From Asterias rubens (taxonomy: Eukaryota), in NCBI RefSeq assembly GCF_902459465.1, contig NC_047073.1:124001-188000 (forward strand): a stretch of 64,000 nt of DNA, in the 5' to 3' direction. Of the stretch, positions 50,470-62,970 are shown one piece after another (positions within the stretch are counted from its first letter, which is position 1; the number at the start of each line of letters is the position of its first letter). Below the pieces are notes generated by a model. The model did no database searches. It saw only the letters and a program-made list of their open reading frames with translations, and had not been told where the DNA came from. A program made the position numbers and the translations under genes.

Positions 50470-53400
50470 TTAAAGAAAATCTCCATCAAACTCAATTGAG
50501 CTTATAGACGGAGTGCTTGCCAAATCTACAAGGTCCAATGTGGGGTCGTGATCAATCAGGGCTGAGGTCATCTCAGAGAATGCATCACTGTTCTCATCAT
50601 CTGCAAAGAGTTTCAGAATAAAAGAACTAAGAGTTATTACGAAAATTGTGGTAACTGGGTACAAAATTGAAATAGCATTTTTTCAATAGAATATATCCTG
50701 CAAAAGACCTGGAAATAACCCACATCACCCACAGCAATTGCCTTGGTGCCCTGTGAGTTTGTTGTTATGCCCTTTGCAAAGTTCCAATACAAACTTACAT
50801 TTTCCTCATACTGTTGTAGAAGTCTCCCTTATGAGAAGAAAATTGCTTCAAGAGTGAAAATAAAGGCCCGCTACAATAGGCCTATTCTTTCAAGGTTTGC
50901 CTTTGATAAGCGATGGAATTAAACCAATAAGGTTTTTAATCCTTCCGAACGTTACATACTCCAAAACAAGTAGCCAAGCAACCCACTTGAAAACCCACAG
51001 AAGTGAAGGAAACTTATACCAACTGTTTTTTTAGTTTGTTTAATTGGTTTTTTCTATGCAAGTTGGCCCCAAACAAGGCTAAAACCCACTCTTGGTACGA
51101 GGCTACAAGAAGAACAATTATTGAATGTGAAAAGAACTCAGGGGAGCTGAAGGTAGGAATTGATATTCATCTTAAAACAGTCTAGATTGTAGGATGGAGG
51201 GAAACATACACCGGGAAAGGAGTTCCAAAGAGATGCAGTACGTGGCATAAAGCTGTTGGAATGGCTCCTTGTTCTACATCTCAATAAATCAAGAGTGAAT
51301 AGATGAGAAGAAGAAGAAAGTCTGGTTTCATGCTCAAACAGTCTAATGGGAGGAACTAGGTCGGACACAATGGTGGCACATTTACCATGCAAATATGTTC
51401 CCCGTTCCAAGGTATGTTGTCTGTGTTATTTAAGTGAAAATATCAGCAACATCGCTTAGAGGTTAGGAGTTACCTTACCCTTAGGATATGTTGAATACAT
51501 GTTTCTTTGCACATTTTTAGCTCGGTGTGGAGGAAGGTCGAGTGAGAAATCTTCACTTGACGAACTAGCGAGACTCAAACTCACATCAAATTCATCACTA
51601 TCGGATACCTGGCGGATATGAGCTGCAGGCAGCTTGTGTGGTCGACTTGATCTTAGTTTCCTCTCTGGACTTCGTTTGCTACTGGTGTCTGTCAGAAAAA
51701 TAAGACTGATTGATTGATATTGAACATTACAAGTCATGATCTTGGGGCGGAGACTTTAACAGTCCAGGGGGAGCAGAGGCGGCCTGAGGAGGATGGTGGT
51801 GGTTTAGAGGACGGCATTGATGGATCAATAAAAGGCAATGAAGGTGGGTCCATGAGGAGGATAGCGGTGGGTACAGGGGAGGATGGTGGTGGGTAAAGGT
51901 GGGTACAGGGGAGGATGGTGGTGGGTAAAGGTGGGTACAGGGGAGGATGGTGGTGGGTACAGGTGGGTACAGGGGAGGATGGTGGTGGGTAACGTGGGTA
52001 CAGGGGAGGATGGTGGTGGGTAAAGGTGGGTACAGGGGAGGATGGTGGTGGGTAAAAGTGGGTACAGGGGAGGATGGTGGTGGGTACAGGTGGGTACAGG
52101 GGAGGATGGTGGTGGGTACAGGTGGGTACAGGGGAGGATGGTAGTGGGTAAAGGTGGGTACAGAGGAGGATGGTGGTGGGTAAAGGTGGGTACAGGGGAG
52201 GATGGTGGTGGGTAAAGGTGGGTACAGAGGAGGATGGTGGTGGGTAAAGGTGGGTACAGGGGAGGATGGTGGTGGGTAAAGGTGGGTACAGAGGAGGATG
52301 GTGGTGGGTACAGGTGGGTACAGAGGAGGATGGTGGTGGGTCCAGGTGGGTACAGAGGAGGATGGTGGTGGGTAAAGGTGGGTACAGGGGAGGATGGTGG
52401 TGGGTAAAGGTGGGTACAGGGGAGGATGGTGGTGGGTAAAGGTGGGTACAGGGGAGGATGGTGGTGGATACAGGTAGGTACAGGGGAGGATGGTGGTGGG
52501 TACAGGGGAGGATGGTGGTGGGTAAAGGTGGGTACAGAGGAGGATGGTGGTGGGTAAAGGTGGGTACAGGGGAGGATGGTAGTGGATACAGGTAGGTACA
52601 GGGGAATGGTAGTGGATACAGGTAGGTACAGGAGAGGATGGTGGTGGGTAAAGGTGGGTACAGGGGAGGATGGTGGTGGGTAAAGGTGGGTACAGAGGAG
52701 GATTGTGGTGGGTACAGGTGGGTACAGGGGGGATGGTGGTGGATACAGGTAGGTACAGGGGAATGGTAGTGGATACAGGTAGGTACAGGAGAGGATGGTG
52801 GTGGGTAAAGGTGGGTACAGGGGAGGATGGTGGTGGGTAAAGGTGGGTACAGAGGAGGATGGTAGTGGATACAGGTAGGTACAGGGGGGATGGTGGTGGA
52901 TACAGGTAGGTACAGGGGAGGATGGTGGTGGGTAAAGGTGGGTGGGTACAGGGGAGGATGGTGGTGGGTAAAGGTGGGTACAGGGGATGATGGTGGTGGG
53001 TACAGGTGGGTACAGGAGGGATAATGGTGGGTACAGGGGAGGATGGTGGTGGTACAGGTCGGTTTCATGGGAGGATGGTGGTGGGTACAGGTGGGTTACA
53101 GGGGAGGTTGGTGGTGGGTGCAGGTGGGTACAGAGGAGGTTGTGGGTACAGGTGGGTACAGGGGAGGATGTGGGTACAGGTGGGTACAGGGGAGGATGTG
53201 GGTACAGGTGGGTACAGGGGATGATAGTGGGTCAGGGGAGGATGGTGGTGTGTCAACGAGGAAGATGGTAGTGGGTACACAGGAGGGCCGAGATGGGTCC
53301 TGGTAGTGGTGGATCAATGAGTGGAAGTGGAAGTTGTTACACCAAAAAAGGCAGTAGTGGATCCAGATTGGGGGGGGTAGTGAATGCAGGAGAGATCAGT

Positions 53401-56400
53401 AGTGGAAACAGAAAGGGCAGTATTTGGTCCGGGGGGGGGGCAGTAGTGAATCCCTTAAGGATAGTGGTGAGTCGAGTGAGATCATGTGAGATCTGTGGCT
53501 TCAGAGGAAGGCAATAGTGAATTATTGGTCAGAATCCTTCCCTGGTGCTGAAGCCAATCTCATTAGAAAATGACATCTTCAGTAAACATTGGCCAGTGAG
53601 ACAAAATGGTATCTGAAAGTAAGTTCATTTAGCTCTTCGTCGAACATCATGAGTTAATTTTTTTTAAGGGTAACAACAAATAAACCTGTAGTGTGAGATA
53701 ACAGTCAGAATGGAAGACAAACATGTACTGTAGCAATCCCCAGAATAATATTACAAAATAACCATTTTAAGAAAAGAACAAAGTGCAGGGGCATAAAATT
53801 AATGAGCTGTATGTTTTTACAAGTAGTACTTGGCATTAGCAGCTCAATGCAGAGTGTGACAAAACATGACAAACAAAATAAAAAGGAAAACAGTAGTGGA
53901 AAAACATGAAATAAATCATGATATTCAGATTTAGTTTTTAAGGTCACTGTCTGTAAAAGTGGCTTCCTATTGTAAGCTTAAATTGCAGTACTATAACATG
54001 GAGACAGTTATAGAAGGTCTCTGTACAGACATTTCAAAGACAACGTCATGTATGATTAAATTTAAGCTTCAACAACAAACTGGATTGAATTTGTAAATAC
54101 ACAGTTGTGCATTCAATTCTGCATTGTCATTTCTCTTGCAAGCAGCTATGCATCAATCACAACATATGTGCATTCATCCATTATTACTGCCTTTATCAAC
54201 ATGCTATTAAAAAAACTGCAACGCAATTTATCAACACCAACTGTGCCAAACTGTGAACAGCAAATTCTTACAAGTCATGTAGGATTCCCAAACTCCATCT
54301 TTCTGAGTTAATTAACCTCAGGGGAAACACAACTAGACCCCAGGGGTTTTTAGGAGAACTCTACACCGTGACAACCTCTTCCAAATTGAGCAGGATTTCC
54401 TCCACTATAACTGACTATGTGAATGTTACATGATTCAATTGCTACAAACTTCCCTGTCTAGTTTTGTTTGTTTCATGCAAGCGCGACTAATCATAGCCAA
54501 CCTCTATCCCAAGATACTCAATCTCCTAGGTATCTCCCTCTGGGCTTATGGTCAACAGCTGTTATAGGAATACAGTGGAAGAAGGTTGCATTCATTCCAA
54601 TCCTCAAGTTTGCCAGAAAATATCCTGCTTAAGTTGTATCAAAATAGGTGCTTTGATTTGTGGAGAAATACAAAAAACCAAAACCAAAATACCAAACCAT
54701 TAAATTTATCATATAACTGTCTCAATGTCTTTAAACTAGTGCCGTTGTCACTGGGTCAACTCATCTCCCTGGGGAGTATACAGCCCTTGTCTGCTGTGTG
54801 TCGCTCTGAAGGCTTTTTAAAACCCTCGCAGGTACCCATGATTCGAACCAACACTTCGATGACTTAACCACCAGAACTTCAATTCAATTCATGACCTCAA
54901 ACAAACAGAGATGAAAATCCACTGCTTGGATGGAGCCTTCAACTTGAGGGGCAGTAGTTTAAGCAAAGGTCTGAAAATAATCAGCTTTTTGACAACATGT
55001 GTGCCACTGTCAGCAGAAAAATTGTGTACAGATAATTATTGCTGTATGAATGCAATAACAAATTACGCTGCATAAATCATCTAACCAACTAGGGACTAGT
55101 AGTGAGAATAAAAGTAATCTCTGGGGAGGGGGTAGTCAAAGGATGCCCCCCCACCTTCCAAACCTGTTTCCATTCCTAGGATGACAAGAAGCCAGAAGTC
55201 AAGGTTTTAAACTGGACAGGATAAATTAAGAGGTCCCACTCAAGCTGCTGAAGTCTCAAGGTATCCTGTCACAAGAAGTGCGTGATCAAAGTGGAAATGT
55301 GTTCAAGTGGTTTGCCACAAAGGGAAATCAGCCTTCTTTGGTGAGAACATTTCAAGATGTTAACTGCAGATCCAATTAATGACTTGGCTAACGAGTCGGA
55401 AACCTTGTCAACTGGACTATTTTTATGTCAACCCTTTTTTAGTCACGTTTTAAGGTTATGATATTTTCAAACAGTGAATTGCTATTTTTCATGGTCAAAT
55501 GAAATTAGTTATTATTCCGAAGAGGTTTCGCCTCTAGCGGTTTCTTAGACTGACTTTCTTCTCAAGGGAAATGTTGATGACCTTGTAGATAGCAATTAAA
55601 CTGCAACTTTTGAAATGCGGTATTCTCTGATTAATATGCCTGGCCTCTCCAATGTAAGTGTTTATCATGAATTAAAATCAGTACCATCAATTCAATTCAA
55701 TTCAATTCAATTCAATTCAATTCAATTCAATTCAATTCAATTCAACTAATCTTTATTTTTCATCTCTCTTCTTCCTTGTGTTGTAGTTGAATTTCAATTC
55801 CAAACATATGTAGTGCATGTATGTCTTATATTTACCAGAAAACCGTGCGACGTGATGTGCTATACATGCAGCAAACAATGTACTAAACCCAAACAATCAA
55901 TATGTGTACGTGGTGTTGTAAAACAAATACTGACTGCTTTTACTTGTGCTATGGTTAAAACTCTGACCCCTCGGTGACCTCCAGATGGATCTATTTTCCC
56001 AAGACTTAACCTCAGGATAATAAAGCCCACCAAGTATCACCTTGGGGGCCGTAGTTTTAACCAAATCACCCGAAGCAGTCAATATGTGTCTACTATGCAC
56101 ACATCTAGTTGACAATAGCTTGGCATACATAATCTCCAGATTTCAAATCCTGAACTCAAAGAAATGACTATTTACTGCTAATGTGTTTTCTTCATTAACC
56201 TTCAACTGTGAATGTGGAGCAGAGAACAAACAACGTATTAAATCCAGAACCAATACCAGGTCAGATAAGGCTATCCGTCATGCAAGGTTAGATGAAGTTA
56301 CATGAAGACACCAAACAACGGTTAAAACAAACAGCCATAAATATATATACATCCCTTCAATGTAGGCTAACATCATAAGGTCAAACCATGTATACATCCC

Positions 56401-59400
56401 TTCAATGTAGGCTAACATCATAAGGTCAAACCATGTATACATCCCTTCAATGTAGGCTAACATCATAAGGTCAAACCATGTATACATCCCTTCAATGTAG
56501 GCTAACATCATAAGGTCAAACCATGTATACACCACATGCAACTTTAAGCCAATGACTGGCATCCTATGATAGGCCTACCGTCAATTTCACCAAACTCTTC
56601 CTAACTTAGGATTTATCTTAGGACTTAAAACAAGTTAAGTTCCGTATCCATAGATGTTAGGAGGCATTGAACCCATCCTAAGGTTAATTCGAGATAGGAT
56701 TAATCTTAGCGTTACGTGAAATCGGCTGCTGGAATTTAATCTTTGTGAGGGCAAGGCTATTTTTATTTTGTAAAGGGCACTTCTATTGGAAGATATCAAA
56801 GTCTACAGGAAACGTGTGAAGGGGCACCAAGGTCAAGACCAGAGCAACATAGGCCCTGGCCTCCAGTGCCTCTGGTTATTCCAGAGGGCGCTATTTGAGT
56901 TTGAATCTTCATACGCTAGGGGTCTAATGTCTACCTGATACACCGGAGAAGGACCAATCATTACAAAAAGCAATCGGGGATGTTAAAGATAACAGTCAAA
57001 ACAGACCATGAACTCAAATAAAGCACCAACTTTGATCATATGAAATGACTTGCAGAAATGTGTACATCACTACATTTTAGTATCAAAGTACAACAAAAAA
57101 AGAACTGACAAACCAAACTAAACAAGAAATGTAGAAAAGCTGGACTTGTCTGAACCAGATGTCTGAAAGAGACTTGTGTCAGTCACACGGGGAAACAATC
57201 AGGATAAGGGAAAGGCTTGCCATGTTGGGACTGAGTACATAATCTAATTATGGCCAATAATTCAATCTTTTCATCGAGTCAATTAATACTATAATGACTT
57301 CAATGTTCTTGGTCTTGTTTTATAACCAGCTGGCCACCAGTCTGAGCCCATGATTTCATACAAGTAAGCAAATTCATGTACAGCAAGTTAGGTAAACAAG
57401 ACTCTTATAACAAAGAAGACATCGCTAAAAACACAATGTCAGAGAAAGAAACAATTCTTTGATAGGAACACGTTGCCTTGGATCGGTTGAGTTGATCCAT
57501 GAAAAGCATTTGAAACCGTTTGTTATGAAATCGATATGGTTAGAAAGATGTTTTAAAAAAGAATATAATGATCCACACAAACATAGCATGGTTTTCCTTT
57601 AACTGTGAAAACTAACACACATGACTCCACAAAATGGCATACCGTCTTAGTTCTTGAAGTAAAAGGAAAACCACGCAATTTTGAGGCATGTTTGTGTGGA
57701 TCATTATATGGTCAGCAATGGATATTTCTCAGTAGCTACACCAAATGTAGTATTGTACATCAGGCCTGTATGCTTAACTTTTGAAAGGGCACAGGCACCA
57801 AGGCATTTTCTCCTTGATAAGGGCACCCTATAAAGAAATTGTAAATATCTACTGGAGCGTTTCAAGGGCACCAAGGCAATGACCAGTAGGCATGGAGGCA
57901 ATCGTTGCCTTCTTAAAGTATCAGGTCTGGTACATGGTTATGTAGTGTGGGCTATGACTCTGTGCGTAAGCAATCTTACTCTCAGACACACACGCTTAGC
58001 GTGTTCCCTTATCAATCAACCTTACACCACCATGTACAGCGTGGACAAATCAATGACAATTTGAACCGGCGGCAGTGGTGAGCCACTGTTCACCATTCCA
58101 ACTAGATTCTCCCCTCCTCTCTAACTGGGGGTAAAGTGGTTAGAGACTAGCGGCCGTAGCTCGTTCTATTGTATCCTTATTAATAGCCATTAGAGTTGTG
58201 GACCATGCAACTGGTATACATCAAATGGTGACAGGTTGACACATATAATTACTGGTGAGATTTGTCACACTGGGCGTTGCTAGCCTACAACACCGCTAGT
58301 ATATCCTGAGCCAATCCTTCATAGGATATTCAAGCACATGGCAGGTCCAACCTTCATAGGATATTCAAGCACATGGCAGGTGCAACCTTCATAGGATATT
58401 CAAGCACATGGCAGGTCCAACCTTCAAAGGATATTCAAGCACATGGCAGGTCCAACCTTCATAGGATATTCAAGCACATGGCAGGTCCGAACCTAGATGG
58501 AAAATGCTCACTTTCTTGACAAGCTTTTGTTCAGACATTGAACTAGACCTCATATGATCTCTGCAGCTGATTAATCCTATCTCGAGTTTTATAGGGCGAG
58601 TGACTCGTCCTAACTTCATGAACTTAGGGATGGGTTCAATGCGTCCCACTGTCTATGGATACGGAACTTAACTCGTCCTTAGTCCTAAGATTAATCCTAA
58701 GTTAGGAAGAATTTGGTAAAATCCACAACTGCTCCTCAAAATGAGAGCAAATTCAACAAACATTCATAGCAGATGCAATTTGTATCCCAACTGTTGAAGA
58801 AAGACTTTTCCTAAGTTCATTAAGAAATGCTGCGTCTCCATTTCAACCAACAAGCCTGAAAGATTGAAGAACACTGGTTAAAATCAGTAAAAACTACTGC
58901 ACCCGCCAGCAACTTCAGACAGTTATTTCAATTCTCATTTCTCAAGAAAGAAAACGACAAACACTCTTCGCCATCCCAAGTCCCGTGCACTAAAGCACTT
59001 GGCCATGACATGCCACAAACAGCGAGTACAAAAGTGGACTGAATGATAATTGTAATTTATATCAGTTGATTGCTAATGGCTGGTTTTAAATTAAAGCAAG
59101 TTTGAGTGCGCTTAGTAGTTAACTAAAGGTTGACTATTTTGACTAAAACTCACACTGTTCCACCATTGGTCGACTACTGTGGTCGACCATTTGGAACCAG
59201 CCTCATGACCATGGTTTCTTCCATGGTCCTAATGGCTTATTCCATGTTAACATGTGTAAAGTGCAGAGGGGAACCAGGGACACTATAGCGAAATTGACTG
59301 GGCTTCCAAGCGAGTCCGTCAAGTGAGTGCGTCACTGCGCATGTAAGTTGCTGGTCAGTAGTTACTATATGTGTACTCTAACTTGCTCAAAGATGATCAT

Positions 59401-61569
59401 ACCTTTACTTGATGATAACTTGTTAAACGAGTTACCAGCACTTGACGAGTTGTTACCGAGTGATGAGTTTTTTCCTACTGAGTTCGGCTGTTCATGAGTC
59501 AGTCTCTGTGAGCCAATCAGGGGCCTTTGATTCTCGAGTCTATCGACCGTACACATCAGCCGACTCATCTCCGATCTACAAAAATAAACAAGCATGAATA
59601 TGAGGTCAGAAAAGCGAAAAAGTTATAGAACTGGGCCTAATTTCAGAAAGCCTGTAAGCACAAAAACTAGCTTAGCACAAAAACCTTTGCTTAGCACAAA
59701 AACTTTTCAATAGTGCAGCGTTCAACATTGTAAAGCATTTTGAGAAACATTTCACTTCAAAGTGAAGTGGTTGTATGTAAAAAGATATCAGTTTTAAAAA
59801 TTACAATCTTAGAAGGTGTAACAATCAGTAAAGATTCTCAGATTGTATAAAGGGATTATCTTGTTTCTGGCAAGATCTCAAAAACGTGTCCACCTTTTAA
59901 AACGAAACTTCCACCTTGTTTATTGTATACATTTGTATAGGGTTAAAACAATTAAATGTGTCCAAAACCAAAAGTAGACTTTGCCTTTAACAACAATAAA
60001 GGCACAGGAAACTTTGCCTTTAACAACAATGAAGGCACTGGAAACTTTGCCTTTAACAACAATGAAGGCACTGGAAACTTTGCCTTTAACAACAATGAAG
60101 GGAAGGCACTGGAAACTTTGCCTTTAACAACAATGAAGGCACTGGAAACTTTGCCTTTAACAACAATGAAGGCACTGGAAACTTTGACTTTAACAACAAT
60201 GAAGGCACTGGAAACTTTGCCTTTAACAACAATGAAGGCACTGGAAACTTTGACTTTAACAACAATGAAGGCACTGGAAACTTTGCCTTTAATAACAATG
60301 AAGGCACTGGAAACTTTGCCTTTAACAACAATGAAGGCACTGGAAACTTTGCCTTTAACAACAATGAAGGCACTGGAAACTTTGCCTTTAACAACAATGA
60401 AGGCACTGGAAACTTTGACTTTAACAACAATGAAGGCACTGGAAACTTTTGGTAACTGTCTAAGACCAGGGCCCAATTTCATGGCTCTGCTTACCGTAAG
60501 CACAGAATCGGCGCTTACGGAAGCAGGAAATTCCGTGCTTACAGCAAGCGTATTTCACGGGTTAGCGGCGAATTTTGGTGTCTGCGCGTGGGTACTGCGC
60601 ATTACTAGGGATTCTACGCTACCAAGGCTAGCTAGCGGGGAATCGCGATCGCAAGCACAGAAATCCGCGGTAAGCAGAGCCATGAAATTGGGCCCTGTCT
60701 TCTAACTTGGTGTATCTCAACATATGCATGAGATAACAAACCTGTGAACCCAATTGAAAGTTGCGAGAGAATACATGTAATGGAAGAACAAACACCTGTG
60801 TTGCACAAGTTGTGTGCTTTCCATTGTTGGATTTCAAGTTCTCGATTTACTTTCTCAAAAACTACATTTCTTTAAAAGGAGCCGTTTCTCACAATGTGTT
60901 ACACTATCAACAGCTCTCTATTGACCATTGCTTGTTACCAGGTTAGTTTTTACGCTACCAATTAATTTGTATGCTAGGTTTTTATGCTAAATTACCAATA
61001 GTGTCCAATGCCTTTAAGAAAACTAGATTGATAAAAAAGAAACTGTTGCAGACACAACATTGATAACCGCAGTCAAACACTCTTGACATCTGTTTCTAAT
61101 GAAACATGTTCCTCCGAGTGTCATCCATTTACATTTTAGTCTCAGAGTATAAACCGTTGTAGATTGCACCCAAATCTGTACATTCATCACCGGCATGACA
61201 GCCCAACGCTACTCACTGGAAAAAAACCATACTCTTAATCCATAACATTTGATCGTAGGGATTTGGCGCTGCAGGATTGTAAGAACTACAGGCCTCTAGG
61301 CAGTGATGGATCTAAGCTTAGGAACAATGGGTCTAAGAGGTGAGGGATATCTTTATGGTCAACTTACACACATGGTGATCCTGTCGGATAAGCGTGACAG
61401 AATTCCATCATAAATCATACCCAATTCACTCAGACAAGCTTTAGCAATTATTAGCAACTCACAGGAAATGCTCTGAGCTTGTTTTCTTTTGAGACCATAA
61501 AGCTCTGAGATTACCTTCCACAGGTGTTTCTCAAAGACTCAAGATCATGTTCAACATATCCATTTTTTT
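50470..61569 (-). CDS. 3' end of an unidentified protein (short helical segment, Ser-rich low-complexity region, acidic tail ending EFDGDFL*)
   Basis: Phase-compatible exons 61515-61569 (acceptor uncertain), 59403-59575, 51479-51688, 50470-50600, joining as ..NGYVEHDLESLRNTCGR-SEMSRLMCTVDRLENQ..LSSSK-DTSSKRSPERKLR..STYPK-DDENSDAF..EFDGDFL*. No family recognised. Confidence 0.65.
51138..51400 (-). mobile_element. CR1/Jockey-group LINE 3' end in an intron
   Basis: RCRTRSHSNSFMPRTASLWNSFPGVCFPPSYNLDCFKMNINSYL matches the conserved non-LTR ORF2 C-terminal motif. Confidence 0.8.
51865..53230 (+). repeat. About 32-bp G-rich minisatellite, about 1.4 kb, with degenerate flanks
   Basis: Unit ggtgggtacaggggaggatggtggtgggtaaa; source of the 444-aa Pro/Thr/His ORF. 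Confidence 0.95.
55686..55745. repeat. (TTCAA)n microsatellite
   Basis: About 12 consecutive pentamers. Confidence 0.97.
56346..56530. repeat. 45-bp minisatellite x4
   Basis: Unit tatacatcccttcaatgtaggctaacatcataaggtcaaaccatg. Confidence 0.95.
57761..57929 (+). mobile_element. MITE with CAGGCCTG termini and 6-bp TSD
   Basis: GTACAT|caggcctgtatgc ... tcaggtctg|GTACAT; same family as 34666-34844. Confidence 0.75.
58316..58488. repeat. 35-bp minisatellite x5
   Basis: Unit ccttcataggatattcaagcacatggcaggtccaa. Confidence 0.95.
59978..60449. repeat. 33-bp minisatellite x14 built on a MITE terminus
   Basis: Unit actttgcctttaacaacaatgaaggcactggaa; the last copy continues into the MITE body. Confidence 0.95.
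60433..61013 (+). mobile_element. Kolobok/T2-like MITE carrying a nested Harbinger-like MITE (60470-60694)
   Basis: Host ends aaggcactgg..tttggtaa and gtgtccaatgcct|TTAA. Insert CAG|ggcccaatttcatggctctgcttacc ... ggtaagcagagccatgaaattgggcc|CTG interrupts the consensus gacCAGtcttc seen at about 37216. Confidence 0.8.
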
Positions 61570-61585
61570 CTTTTTTGAATTTACG

Positions 61586-62337
61586 TTAAGTGACACCAGG
61601 TGATACCAAATGGCAATGAGGTTGGTGTGGTACCACCTTGACCCATCACACCTCACACCATTAAGTGACACCAGGTGATACCAAATGGCAATGAGGTTGG
61701 TGTGGTACCACCTTGACCCATCACATCTCAAACCATTAAGTGACACCAGGTGATACCAAATGGCAATGAGGTTGGTGTGGTACCACCCTGACCCATCACA
61801 TCTCACATTATTAAGTGACACCAGGTGATACCAAATGGCAATGAGGTTGGTATGGTACCACCTTGACCCATCACATTTCACACCATTAAGTGACACCAGG
61901 TGATACCAAATGGCCATTAGGTTGGTGTGGTACCACCTTGACCCATCACATCTCACACCATTAAGTGACACCAGGTGATACCAAATGGCAATGAGGTTGG
62001 TATGGTACCACCTTGACCCATCACATCTCACACCATTAAGTGACACCAGGTGATACCAAATGGCAATGAGGTTGGTGTGGTACCACCTTGACCCATCACA
62101 TTTCACACCATTAAGTGACACCAGGTGATACCAAATGGCCATTAGGTTGGTGTGGTACCACCTTGACCCATCACATCTCACACCATTAAGTGACACCAGG
62201 TGATACCAAATGGCAATGAGGTTGGTGTGGTACCACCCTGACCCATCACATCTCACACCATTAAGTGACACCAGGTGATACCAAATGGCAATGAGGTTGG
62301 TGTTGTACCACCTTGACCCATCACATCTCACACCATT
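61586..62337. repeat. 75-bp minisatellite x10
   Basis: Unit ttaagtgacaccaggtgataccaaatggcaatgaggttggtgtggtaccaccttgacccatcacatctcacacca. Confidence 0.97.
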
Positions 62338-62787
62338 TATTTAGTATAGGCCTGATACTTCACGGAAGCAACGCTCGATTGCCTCCAAGGCCCCTGGTCA
62401 TTGCCTTGGTGCCCTTGAAATTTAAAATTTCCTCATAGGTTGACATTTACCACAAAGAAAACGCCTCGATGCCCTTGCCCTTTCAAAAACGAAGCATATA
62501 GGCCTGTAATTGCAAAGAAGCCATTACTCATGTGAAGACCAATTGTGGAGCTGGGAAGTATCAAAAAATCTACATGTGCAAGCAACATGCGATACAAGTA
62601 GATAACAGGATAGATAAAGTAAATACCGACTTCCCTAAGCCTTCCCTAACCCAAATCACTCAAAGTTCAAGCCCGATGCTTCATTCTAGAAAGGGGGGGG
62701 GGGGGCAAAGGAGATTATTACATTGATACCTCTGCGTCAAGGCAATGAGCAAGGGGCATGGAGGCAATTGTCTCTGTGCAGAATCAG

Positions 62788-62970
62788 GGCCCATATTCAA
62801 AAGCAGAAAATACTGCTTGACTAATTTCTTTGCTAAGCAAAAATTGAGTTTGACATCAGCTAGCAACAATGCAAACTTAATGTAATTTGGGCTGGTAACT
62901 TGATTCTGCTAAGCAATACTATTCTCTGTTTAGCGAGTTTTTGTGCTTACAGGCTTTATGAAATTGGGCC
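62788..62970. mobile_element. Harbinger-like MITE
   Basis: CAG|ggcccatattc ... tttatgaaattgggcc|TAG; same family as 45276-45466. Confidence 0.65.

Noticed and set aside
51734-53068. 444-aa Pro/Thr/His-rich ORF
   Set aside because: Stop-free by composition of a 32-bp repeat that cycles through frames; the flanking exons join in phase without it.
55897-56207. Extra exon of the minus-strand gene after a strong acceptor at 56206
   Set aside because: The required phase hits TAA after two codons and the other phases also stop.
58426-58434. Perfect U12 AT-AC donor ATATCCTTT on the minus strand
   Set aside because: A single-base variant within one unit of a 35-bp intronic repeat, with no adjoining exon.
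59952-60705. 249-, 183- and 117-aa repetitive ORFs
   Set aside because: Products of the 33-bp array and MITE sequence.
61531-62331. 266-aa repetitive ORF
   Set aside because: Translation of the 75-bp array; its frame differs from the frame that splices to the next exon.
56346-62337. CRISPR-like appearance of the 35-, 45-, 33- and 75-bp arrays
   Set aside because: Units are head-to-tail with no unique spacers, there are no cas genes, and the context is eukaryotic.
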